The notes under the pieces are model-generated. The model ran no database searches, had not been told where the DNA came from, and saw only the letters and a list, made by a program, of their open reading frames with translations. A program made the position numbers and the translations under genes. DNA of 64,000 nt from Bacteroidales bacterium (GTDB lineage Bacteria; Bacteroidota; Bacteroidia; Bacteroidales; WRLA01). Below, piece after piece: positions 28,431 through 37,028 of this stretch. Positions within the stretch are counted from its first letter, which is position 1; each line of letters starts with the position of its first letter. The stretch covers positions 194,172 through 258,171 of the forward strand of contig CAXXFD010000004.1 in assembly GCA_963662905.2 (NCBI GenBank). Reading direction: 5' to 3'.

Positions 28431-29547
28431 GTGTTATAATTATTAAGTTAATTAACTAATATTTTATTATCTTTGCCACATGGCAAGAATAGGAAAACCC
28501 ATCCAGATAACAACGGAAGAGAAGGCAGAGCTTCTTTCCATGAGCCGTTCACACAAACTTGAAAAACGTTACGTTGAGCGTGCCGAGATAATTATATTAT
28601 CCGATCAAGGTTTATTGATGAGTGAAATAGTAGAGCAAACAGGGCTTAGTAGACCTGTAGTAAATAAATGGAGACAACGCTTTCGCGAGCAAGGTATTAC
28701 AGGTTTGAAGGATGCTTACCGAAGTGGAAAACCAAAGGTTATCACTGCAGAACAACAGGCTATGGTAATTGAGAAAGCCTGCACAAAGCCAGATGACGGA
28801 TACACTAACTGGTCTCAAGAACGTATCGCCAAAGAAGTAGGGATTAGCCAGTCTAAAGTATTTCAGATTCTTAAACAAGCAGACATAAAGCCACATAAAA
28901 TTGAGTATTGGTGCGGCAAGTCAAAAGACCCAGAGTTTGAAGAAAAAATGACCAACATTGTTGGGCTTTACATGTCGCCACCAGAAAACGCTTTGGTTAT
29001 TTGTGTTGACGAAAAAACTCAAATACAGGCACTCGATAGAACTCAGCCAGAGTTGCCATTACGGCCAGGAAATCCGAAAAGACAAACAGCCACCTACAAA
29101 CGCAACGGAACTGTTTCGTTAATTGCGGCACTTGCAGTGCATACAGGTGAAGTAACAGCCAAAACAATTAAATCAAATAATGCAGAAAACTTCTTAAAGT
29201 TCTTAAAATCACTTGATAGGAAATACCGAAACAAAAAGCTTCACATAATTGCAGACAACCTTTCGGTACATAAACATAAAGACGTTAAGGAGTGGCTGAA
29301 AGGAAAAAGGAAAATCACATTGCACTTCACCCCAACGTATTCTTCTTGGTTGAATCAAGTTGAGATATGGTTCAATATATTAACAAAGGATGTTGTAAAA
29401 GGAGGTGTTTGGAAATCATCAGAACAATTGGCTTCTCAACTTATTGAATACGTGAAAACATACAATGAGACACGTGCTAAGCCCTTTCGATGGACTTATA
29501 CTGGTGATGCATTGAAAATTAGTTAACTTATTAAATAATTAATACAC
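28431..29547 (+). mobile_element. IS630-family insertion sequence (1117 bp), apparently intact
   Basis: Imperfect terminal inverted repeats: gtgttataattatt... and the reverse complement of ...aataattaatacac. TA target duplication at 28429..28430 and 29548..29549. One DDE transposase ORF, with an internal -7 box tatctttg at 28468..28475. Confidence 0.8.
28480..29526 (+). CDS. IS630-family DDE transposase
   Basis: The N-terminus has HTH motifs. The DDE_3-type core reads VICVDEKTQIQAL ... HIIADNLSVHKH ... TPTYSSWLNQVEIWF. Confidence 0.9.
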   Translation: MARIGKPIQITTEEKAELLSMSRSHKLEKRYVERAEIIILSDQGLLMSEIVEQTGLSRPVVNKWRQRFREQGITGLKDAYRSGKPKVITAEQQAMVIEKACTKPDDGYTNWSQERIAKEVGISQSKVFQILKQADIKPHKIEYWCGKSKDPEFEEKMTNIVGLYMSPPENALVICVDEKTQIQALDRTQPELPLRPGNPKRQTATYKRNGTVSLIAALAVHTGEVTAKTIKSNNAENFLKFLKSLDRKYRNKKLHIIADNLSVHKHKDVKEWLKGKRKITLHFTPTYSSWLNQVEIWFNILTKDVVKGGVWKSSEQLASQLIEYVKTYNETRAKPFRWTYTGDALKIS

Positions 29548-29640
29548 TAGGCAGAAGCAAAGACAGCAAAAAGAAGTAAATCTGCGGAGCTGTTGAGTTA
29601 ACAGAAGAAGGAAAAGTGTGTAATTTAGCCCTGTACTAAA
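29548..29640 (+). pseudogene. IS1595-family transposase remnant, fragment 3 (short; the rest of the gene is missing)
   Basis: Joining across the IS630 reads GGKENLKLGRSKDSKKK*, then ..AVELTEEGKV.. in another frame. This resembles the region after the GG(K/R) motif of IS1595 transposases. No DDE core follows. Confidence 0.35.
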
Positions 29641-29722
29641 AATGGGGAGCCTACAGTTTCAGGCTGAAAACCGTAATTGTTGAAAACTTTTCTGGAAATG
29701 ATCTATTATGAAGGACTGGAAA

Positions 29723-29749
29723 CAAAAAACCCAGCGCATTGGCCGGGTT
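29723..29749 (-). terminator. Rho-independent terminator of the Rhs operon
   Basis: The minus strand reads AACCCGGCCAATGCGCTGGGTTTTTTG: a GC-rich stem followed by a T-run, 27 nt downstream of the last operon gene. Confidence 0.55.
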
Positions 29750-29775
29750 CTATTGGTATTTATTTACGTCGCATC

Positions 29776-30219
29776 TCACTTTCGATCTTGTAAGTTTTGA
29801 CTATCACTCAAAATCGGGTTCGTTAAAACGTCTTGAACATAACCTGTAGATTGAAAGGTAATAATCCCCTTATCTGTTTCGATTGTATAATCCCATAATA
29901 TCATCTTCCCATTAGGGGTTGCTCGTTTATTATCCCTTGTAATTTCCAGTATGGATAGGCATATAGAATTATTAAAGTCAATATCTATTTTTAAATTAAG
30001 TACATTATTAAATATTAAATTACATTTTGATACCCAAAATTGGTAACTGCTTTCTTTACTCCTTTCCCATTTAAAAATATAATCAATATCTAATGATAAT
30101 TCAAGATTATCCCATGGAAACTTCATAGAATAAAGACTTGCATCATGCCAACCCATTTCTTTAAAATCAGCATCAGTCCATTTGTTTTTAACTTGTAAGG
30201 TAGTCATACTAATTCCCAT
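29776..30219 (-). CDS. Candidate cognate immunity protein for the Rhs C-terminal toxin
   Basis: A small (143-147 aa) ORF with no signal peptide. It overlaps the Rhs stop by 11 nt, or starts 1 nt after the stop if the ATG at 30207 is used. It is AT-rich like the toxin tip. No known family was recognised. Confidence 0.55.
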   Translation of the reverse strand: MGISMTTLQVKNKWTDADFKEMGWHDASLYSMKFPWDNLELSLDIDYIFKWERSKESSYQFWVSKCNLIFNNVLNLKIDIDFNNSICLSILEITRDNKRATPNGKMILWDYTIETDKGIITFQSTGYVQDVLTNPILSDSQNLQDRK

Positions 30220-33200
30220 TCCTTTTATCCAATACTTTTTTTACAGTTCTAATGTCTTGCTGATTCATTGGTTCAACGGTTTTTCTATCCTTATTCCAAT
30301 GAGTCTGTCCTGTTTCTGGATTTGTATTCTTATTTGAATATTGCTTGTGCGGTGTCTCTACTCCTTTATGTGTTGCTCCATCCAGATCATAATGAACTTT
30401 CTTATTTGGTGTCTCTACTGTTACCGAGTTTTTACCATCATTAAGATTCGTCTTAACATCTAAGGCTTGCTCTTTAATACTTGGGCTTTTTGCTAACTTC
30501 TCACTACCTTCTTTAAGCATTTTCTCACCACCTTCTTTGGCTAACTTCTTACCCCCTTGCTGAATAACGTCATCAACACCAGTAATCACGGGAACACCTG
30601 TAACTTCTTCAACTGTTGTTTCAACAACTTCTATGGCAACATATGTAGCAACAGCTTGAATACCGTAAAGAGCAATAGCAAAAGCCCCTACCATTGCAGT
30701 TCCAACAGCCGCCGCACCAATTGCATTCTTTTTAATATCATGCTTAGTGATATGCCCTTTCTTTTGCGAATCAGCATACAACTGGCCATAAACCCAAGGA
30801 GGATCATCAACAACAGTTCCGTCCGGGTCAATAAACCTGATTGGATTGTTTAAAGTATAATTGTAAGGAGACCAATTAAAATATAAATGCGCCATCGGGT
30901 CAACAACATACCATCTGCCAACTGAAGGATCATAAAACCTCGCCCCATAATCGTACCAGTTTAATCCAAAATCATCCTGCAGTTCCTTGCCGTTGTATTT
31001 ATATTTGTTTTCAGGGCTGGCATCGCTATAACTCAAACCGGCAATATTCATCCCAAATGGATAATAAGCGTCTTTCTGCAAAACCGTTCCGTTTTGGCTG
31101 AGGGTAACACGTGTATTGCCCAGGTGGTCTTTGAGGTAATATTGGTAATCAAATCCTCCGTTTTCCCGTGGCACCAGCCTTCCTTCGGCATGTTGCACAA
31201 ACTGCAGGTTGCCGTCGGAATAAACGAAGCTGCCACAATAATCAGTTGCCGGTCCGGGCATATAGCCTGTGGCGTATGTGGTTTTTTGCAGCTTCCTGCC
31301 CAACGCATCATATGCATAGAAAATATGCTTCATTTCGTCCTGCTCCAAATCAATTTGATCGGGTAAATTTAGGTAATTATAGCTTACGCCCGAAATTTGT
31401 TTGTTTTTGTCCAGTGTCATATTGCCGTTATCGTCATATGCGTATTCACCCTGTTGCAGGAATGAGCCATTGTCCGTAAAGCCGTTGAGCTGTGCTGACT
31501 GGGCTGTTATGTCGTTCACGGCAATAAGCTGGTTACCGGAATAGCTGTAATCCATTTGGTCGATAATGCCATTAGCGGAAGTCTGGGCAAAATCCCCCCG
31601 GCGTTTCAACGAAAGGATATTTCCGTTGCGGTCATAGGTATATGCCGTACTGTATTTGTTGTTTATATTGTATGTGGCTGATTCGATGCGGTTTATATCG
31701 TCATAATAGTACTGATAGGCCGACAGTTCGGGATACATTGCGCTTTTCCAGCGTATGGAAGCAATATTTCCGTTAAACTGAGGTGCAGTAGCATTTGTAT
31801 TGTATTCCAATTGGCAGGCAAAGGCGTCGTTTACTGTCTGATCTGCTTTATTGATGCCCGTGAGCCATCCCCGGATATTATAGGTGTAATCAATATTTTG
31901 CAGGCAACCGCTTGATGAAACATGGAGCTTTTTGATCCGTAAACGGTTCAGGTCATCATACCTGTTGGTATAGAGGTTAACTGTGTCTGCCCCGTTAACA
32001 GAATGCAGGTGGCGTGTTATATTGCCCAGGTGATCGTATTCAAAACGCTCGGCAATTTCAATGGGTGTTGCATTTTGCCCTGCCTGATGGCTTTCTTTGG
32101 CAATCAGTACCTGTCCTGTATAGTTGGTTTTGTTGGAAATAATATCCAATCCTTCCAGGTGGTTGTCCTTTACGGTTTGGATCAGATGTCCGTATTTATT
32201 GTAATAATCAACCTGCAGCATATTGCCGTTCAAAGGCACAGTGCTGTTGTTAGGTATTATTGAAGTGCGTGTCCCGGTCTGGAGCCCTTTTACCTCATTG
32301 GTATTTGGCAAAGCAAAATCCAGGTGGCTGCTTCGGAAGGCATAATCGTTTGTATATGCAGAAAGCTGGAGGAAATCATAATTGTCATAATAATTGATGG
32401 TACCAATAAAATCAGATTGACACAGTGAAGGGTATGCGTTATTGGTATAACCGTAATCAGAATTTGGGTCATAAGATTCGTACGCAGCGGCAGCATCAAT
32501 ATATACCTGCATTTGCTCTGGTGTTTGCGGTGCGGGGAATTGGTGGATACCACTGATAATTTCCCTGTTATGGGCATCGTATTTTTTAAACATCCATTGG
32601 TTTCGAAGCCGCAGTTCACCATCCTGGATCAATACGGGAAGGTCGCGTTCGTTATATAGCATAAAAACTGCCTTTGCCCCGGGCAATTTCTTAAGTGTCA
32701 TGCGGTTTAATTTGTCATAATCATAGTAATAGCAAAGCTGGTCTATATCAGTATTGGTTTCATAAGTACCCAATGTTGTATTGCTTTGGCTGAACAAAGC
32801 ATCAGCTTTTGGTGGCACAACATAGCGGAGCATACCATAATCATCATAAACATAGTAAGTGCTTAGCCATTGCCCGTCATTTTGCATCCTTTTTAGGATA
32901 AGTTCGCCAAATTGATTTTTAAATTCAATGCTTTTATTGCCGTTTTCGTCTTCAGCATATACACCCTGAAGGTTGTTTGGGCTATAAGCCCCTTCATATA
33001 TCAGTTCATCATTAACATTGACTTTATAGTATTTAATATTATCACTGCTTAGGTTGGTCACATAATTAAATTCCTGAACATGGCCTCCCTGAATTTGCCA
33101 ATCGGAACCGGGGGCAGATTGTTCCATTATACGGTTTAAGGGGGATCCGTCATATTCTTTTTCAGCAAAAGGGAACTGGCCGTCCTGTTGGTTTGAGAAT

Positions 33201-33793
33201 GTTGCGTAAAAGCCTTTGGCTTCTGTGGCAGCATCGGTTCTCAGCCCTCCCGGGCCATAATCCGGGTGTTCCTGATTTATGGCATAGGGCAAAAACTCTT
33301 TGCTCATTCTCCCAAATCCGTCGTATTCAATATTCTGTATGATATCAGCTCCTGATGCAGCCCCTTTCACAACTACATTTTGTATTTCACGCCCCAGTCC
33401 GTCATAATAAACGATCTCTTCATGCCAGTCTTTTTCATAATCAATGGCATTATGGACCGGGCTTAGTGTTGTGGCATTGTTTCCAATAGGGGTGTAGTGC
33501 CGTATGTAATTGTAATTAAAATCTCCATCTGTTACTGCCTGCCCCCCGTTATAAGCCAGTACCGGGTCAATAAAAGCATGGAGGTTAGATCCATTTGCCA
33601 GAGCTGTATATCCCGGTGTAAAATGCAAGGATTTCCTGGCTTTTTCTATGGCATTTTCGTATTGTGGCAGCTCCCTGTCATCCCAGCCATCTGGAGGGAT
33701 CTGGGCAAATACAGATGAGTTTCCAATAACTAAAACGGCAATTATAAATAGGGTTATTTGGGATTTCATTTTATGCTTGTTTATCAATTTCAT
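30209..33793 (-). CDS. RHS/YD-repeat protein with RHS-associated core and a variable C-terminal toxin domain; Sec signal peptide
   Basis: Signal peptide (KSQITLFIIAVLVIGNSSVFAQ). A Bacteroidota-type N-terminal region (DFNYNYIRHYTP) recalled as DUF6443-like. Many YD repeats (YYDGLGRE, YDGFGRM, YVYDDYGMLRY, YDKLNRM, YDHLGNI, YDDLNRL, YDRNGNI, YDDNGNM, YDALGRK). Core: NWYDYGARFYDPSVGRWYVVDP...YNYTLNNPIRFIDPDGT. Confidence 0.9.
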   Translation of the reverse strand: MKLINKHKMKSQITLFIIAVLVIGNSSVFAQIPPDGWDDRELPQYENAIEKARKSLHFTPGYTALANGSNLHAFIDPVLAYNGGQAVTDGDFNYNYIRHYTPIGNNATTLSPVHNAIDYEKDWHEEIVYYDGLGREIQNVVVKGAASGADIIQNIEYDGFGRMSKEFLPYAINQEHPDYGPGGLRTDAATEAKGFYATFSNQQDGQFPFAEKEYDGSPLNRIMEQSAPGSDWQIQGGHVQEFNYVTNLSSDNIKYYKVNVNDELIYEGAYSPNNLQGVYAEDENGNKSIEFKNQFGELILKRMQNDGQWLSTYYVYDDYGMLRYVVPPKADALFSQSNTTLGTYETNTDIDQLCYYYDYDKLNRMTLKKLPGAKAVFMLYNERDLPVLIQDGELRLRNQWMFKKYDAHNREIISGIHQFPAPQTPEQMQVYIDAAAAYESYDPNSDYGYTNNAYPSLCQSDFIGTINYYDNYDFLQLSAYTNDYAFRSSHLDFALPNTNEVKGLQTGTRTSIIPNNSTVPLNGNMLQVDYYNKYGHLIQTVKDNHLEGLDIISNKTNYTGQVLIAKESHQAGQNATPIEIAERFEYDHLGNITRHLHSVNGADTVNLYTNRYDDLNRLRIKKLHVSSSGCLQNIDYTYNIRGWLTGINKADQTVNDAFACQLEYNTNATAPQFNGNIASIRWKSAMYPELSAYQYYYDDINRIESATYNINNKYSTAYTYDRNGNILSLKRRGDFAQTSANGIIDQMDYSYSGNQLIAVNDITAQSAQLNGFTDNGSFLQQGEYAYDDNGNMTLDKNKQISGVSYNYLNLPDQIDLEQDEMKHIFYAYDALGRKLQKTTYATGYMPGPATDYCGSFVYSDGNLQFVQHAEGRLVPRENGGFDYQYYLKDHLGNTRVTLSQNGTVLQKDAYYPFGMNIAGLSYSDASPENKYKYNGKELQDDFGLNWYDYGARFYDPSVGRWYVVDPMAHLYFNWSPYNYTLNNPIRFIDPDGTVVDDPPWVYGQLYADSQKKGHITKHDIKKNAIGAAAVGTAMVGAFAIALYGIQAVATYVAIEVVETTVEEVTGVPVITGVDDVIQQGGKKLAKEGGEKMLKEGSEKLAKSPSIKEQALDVKTNLNDGKNSVTVETPNKKVHYDLDGATHKGVETPHKQYSNKNTNPETGQTHWNKDRKTVEPMNQQDIRTVKKVLDKRNGN
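30212..30814 (-). other. Rhs C-terminal polymorphic toxin tip (201 aa after the DPDGT core boundary)
   Basis: Starts VVDDPPWVYG. Contains a ~35-aa hydrophobic stretch (AIGAAAVGTAMVGAFAIALYGIQAVATYVAIEVV), a K/E-rich linker, and a terminal ~75-aa His-rich module (KKVHYDLDGATHKGVETPHKQYSNKNTNPETGQTHWNKDRKTVEP). The DNA turns visibly AT-richer at the boundary. Confidence 0.7.
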
Positions 33794-33795
33794 GG

Positions 33796-36700
33796 TTATT
33801 GATTCTTATAATGATACTCCAGGTGTTTCTGTTTTTTAAGCTCTTCGTCCATAATGCTTTGAAGCCTGCCTGCCATATCGTATGTATAAAAAGAAATACG
33901 GTTTTTGGGGTCAGTGCCGGAGGTGATTCCTATGAGGGGCTTATGTGTATATGTTTGGATCATTGCATTTTTCATGCTTTGTTGTGCACGCAAGGCTGTA
34001 TTGAAGTTTTTCCAAATGCCCTGTTTCATGGTATTATTGGCAATATCATGCATATCGGCAACAAGTTCATGGATGTTGGCATAGCCGGAAGGGATTGACG
34101 CAGCAACAGCAGCACTGAGGGTAGGGTAATCAACGTTGGAGGCCTCAACAACAACACATGTTTGGTTGTATGACCATATTACACTTTTGGTCGGCTCACT
34201 TCGCATTTTGTATTGCAGAACATTGCCCTTATCGTCATAATCATCAAATTCAATATATGGATCAGGTGCAGATCCGGGACCTTTTTTGAAAATATATTTG
34301 CCCAACTGCAATAACCCGTCATCATCCATATTATATTCAATAATATCTGAATACATGCCTTGCCTATTCCTTAGTTTTTCAACTTTGATTGGAATGTTAA
34401 CTCGGTTCTGCGCAAAAAGCTCACTGCGGTATGGTGTATTAACCTGTTCGGGATATAGATATGTTTTCTGTAACCTATTGTCTCCGGTCTCTGTTGTTTC
34501 CTTTTTCAGTAAGAGGTCACTGCGCACCGTATTGGTATAATACTCCTTTGTTGTTGTTGTAACTACAGCTTCTCCATCTTTATAGTCTGTAGTAATTATC
34601 TTTGAAGGCCTGGTTTGTCCGCTATAGATGGGGTAATAGGCTCCAATATGCTGTTGTTTTAATCTTAAAACATAGCTTGTAGATTCCCAAATCAACAATT
34701 TATAAAAAGCGGTTCTAAAACCATAGAATATTTCGGATCGGTAAAAATCATATTCCCGATCTATTGTTTTGATTATATTATTATTTTCGTTGTAGAAAAC
34801 TTCCCTAATTATTGAGCCATTTCTCGGTTCTTCTTTATTCCTATAAGAGGGTGGAGTGACATAATCTCTATAATTAAATGGGGTTATATCAGGATAATTT
34901 ACATAATGAATCTCTTGCTTCCCATTATACTCGGCCAAAAAACGATCTCTAATTGTAACAACATCATACCCAACAATATCTCCAGAACCAAATAGAGATG
35001 AAGTCTTAAGATTATTATTATTGGAAAGCCAACAATTAAAGAAATATCTACCTCCTGTATTCCAATATGAAATAGGAGGATTTGCGCAATTTAAGCGCAG
35101 GATGGAAAAATTATATTCTGCAAATGGTTTCGTTTTTGACAGGTTCTTTCCCCCGGAATACTCAAAGCTCTTTTCTGTATAAGAATTGTATCCGTCTGCA
35201 TAATTTAATATCTGTCTTATCCTAAGACCGTTCCCATGTGTTATGGAGTTTTCAGTATCATTAAAATCCGGGAAATAGCCTTTTTGCGGATAAGTGTTTG
35301 GATATGCATTTAATTCATACTCAAAAAGAGTTCGCCCCCCTGTAGGATAGACAATCTGTCTGAGTATAGACGCTTGGGTGAAACTTAATTTGGCTGAATG
35401 ATTGTTTCCATTGTTTAATGGGACTTCCTCTCTATAGCCTTTAAATCTTGATATATTAGGAATTAAGCTATTATTATTTGTTTCACCATTAAAATAACCC
35501 CAATAATCAACAGCAAATGAATTCTTTTTTGGTAAATTGACATCCCAATAAACAAAAGAATATGCAGGTTTGCCCAACTCTCTAATTGAATCTAGTTTTA
35601 ATCTATGTGTTAAAAATGTTTCTGGCAAATCATCAATTTGCACATCATAAGTGTTTCCCTGACTGATGCCCTCAAAATAGCTATAGAAGAAATCAATGGA
35701 TTTAATTATAGTTCGATTCAAATTTATAATATCGATACTAGAAAGTTTTTTTCCATTTTTATCTAATCGTTCATTATTTTTATTAAAGACAACTGTGCCT
35801 CCGGAAAAATTAATAGAATCAAGATAGGCATCCTGCTGACGTGTAAAAGTCCAAGAATTAAAGAGCCTCCAATGAGTTTCAAGAGATTCTTGATTGTAGT
35901 ATCGCGGGTATGGTGCACATGAGGGATGATCTACACGATTATATTGACTAAATTGAATTGCTGTAATAGGACTTTCCATATAATTATCCAGATATCTGTA
36001 ATGCCATGTTTGTCCTAAAGCTGTAAGATTAAATTTTTCAGGCGTTCTTGAATAGTTGAAATTTATTGACCTTTCATTTGGGGTTATAATTTCTGTTAGG
36101 AGCCACATTCTTGAAGTAACCTGATTAGGGCCAAACGGGGAACAGCTTCCTCCATAGCCTTGAGAGTAGCTTCGCGCGTCACGGATTGTTTCTACGCATT
36201 CCTCAAAATGATATGATACGCCATTATCCAAAGTTATTTTCCATGCAAACGGCATACTGCCGGTCTTGGTAATTTTACAAGTTGTGTTGTTTAATATATG
36301 AATTGTGCTTTCATTTTCAAAATCAATTAGGAATTCAATTGTTTGACCTAAAAATATTGCTTTAAACACATCAGGTTCAGAATCGGTTTTATTAATATAA
36401 TTCGGATAATCATTACAGTCCTGTGAATCAAATAGGCATGGTTTATGATTATTATAATAATTTCCATCCTCAGGAACGTATCCATCAGTAAAATGCCAAT
36501 AAGAATAGTGATCTAAAGAAATTTCATCGTTTGAAGGGGTATAGCCAGTGGCTGGAGCACTATTGGGATAGTCATATGGCCATGGAAACTGTGCGGGTTC
36601 ACTATAATAAGGAGTAGAAGCGTGATAGTCCGGTAGTATTTTTTCCACATTGCCATCTAAATCATCTTTATCGTTGATAATTTGTATTATACTTCCAAAA

Positions 36701-37008
36701 TTTATATCCCATCCAAGTCCAGTCCAGCTTGCTTCGTCCGTAACCTTTATTCCTCCTGAATGATACCGAAGCTCAATAGGCACTTCAATACTTGGATACT
36801 TAATATTATATAAAGGCACAGAAATGTTTGGGACACCTGTGTATGCATCAACAGGTATCTCACCATATTTCAGAAAGCTGTAAGCTTGTGGAGAGACAGG
36901 GGATGTTTTGGGCACATAGTAATCGTCAATGGTTTGAGCAGAGGTAATTCCATTAAGGCCTATACTGATGCAGGTCAGTATGAAGTATTTATATATTATG
37001 TGTTTCAT
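33796..37008 (-). CDS. Large secreted protein with SpvB/TcB-N-terminal-like motif and a terminal YD repeat; function unknown
   Basis: Signal peptide MKHIIYKYFILTCISIGLNGITSAQ. The stretch PVDAYTGVPNISVPLYNIKYPSIEVPIELRYHSGGIKVTDEASWTGLGWDINFGSI follows the pattern TG-x4-S-x-P-L ... L-x-Y-x-SG ... G-x-GW seen at the start of SpvB/TcB proteins. The last 35 aa contain FYTYDMAGRLQSI. The stop lies 2 nt from the Rhs start. Confidence 0.5.
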   Translation of the reverse strand: MKHIIYKYFILTCISIGLNGITSAQTIDDYYVPKTSPVSPQAYSFLKYGEIPVDAYTGVPNISVPLYNIKYPSIEVPIELRYHSGGIKVTDEASWTGLGWDINFGSIIQIINDKDDLDGNVEKILPDYHASTPYYSEPAQFPWPYDYPNSAPATGYTPSNDEISLDHYSYWHFTDGYVPEDGNYYNNHKPCLFDSQDCNDYPNYINKTDSEPDVFKAIFLGQTIEFLIDFENESTIHILNNTTCKITKTGSMPFAWKITLDNGVSYHFEECVETIRDARSYSQGYGGSCSPFGPNQVTSRMWLLTEIITPNERSINFNYSRTPEKFNLTALGQTWHYRYLDNYMESPITAIQFSQYNRVDHPSCAPYPRYYNQESLETHWRLFNSWTFTRQQDAYLDSINFSGGTVVFNKNNERLDKNGKKLSSIDIINLNRTIIKSIDFFYSYFEGISQGNTYDVQIDDLPETFLTHRLKLDSIRELGKPAYSFVYWDVNLPKKNSFAVDYWGYFNGETNNNSLIPNISRFKGYREEVPLNNGNNHSAKLSFTQASILRQIVYPTGGRTLFEYELNAYPNTYPQKGYFPDFNDTENSITHGNGLRIRQILNYADGYNSYTEKSFEYSGGKNLSKTKPFAEYNFSILRLNCANPPISYWNTGGRYFFNCWLSNNNNLKTSSLFGSGDIVGYDVVTIRDRFLAEYNGKQEIHYVNYPDITPFNYRDYVTPPSYRNKEEPRNGSIIREVFYNENNNIIKTIDREYDFYRSEIFYGFRTAFYKLLIWESTSYVLRLKQQHIGAYYPIYSGQTRPSKIITTDYKDGEAVVTTTTKEYYTNTVRSDLLLKKETTETGDNRLQKTYLYPEQVNTPYRSELFAQNRVNIPIKVEKLRNRQGMYSDIIEYNMDDDGLLQLGKYIFKKGPGSAPDPYIEFDDYDDKGNVLQYKMRSEPTKSVIWSYNQTCVVVEASNVDYPTLSAAVAASIPSGYANIHELVADMHDIANNTMKQGIWKNFNTALRAQQSMKNAMIQTYTHKPLIGITSGTDPKNRISFYTYDMAGRLQSIMDEELKKQKHLEYHYKNQ

Positions 37009-37028
37009 TGGTTCAGAAATTCAATCAA

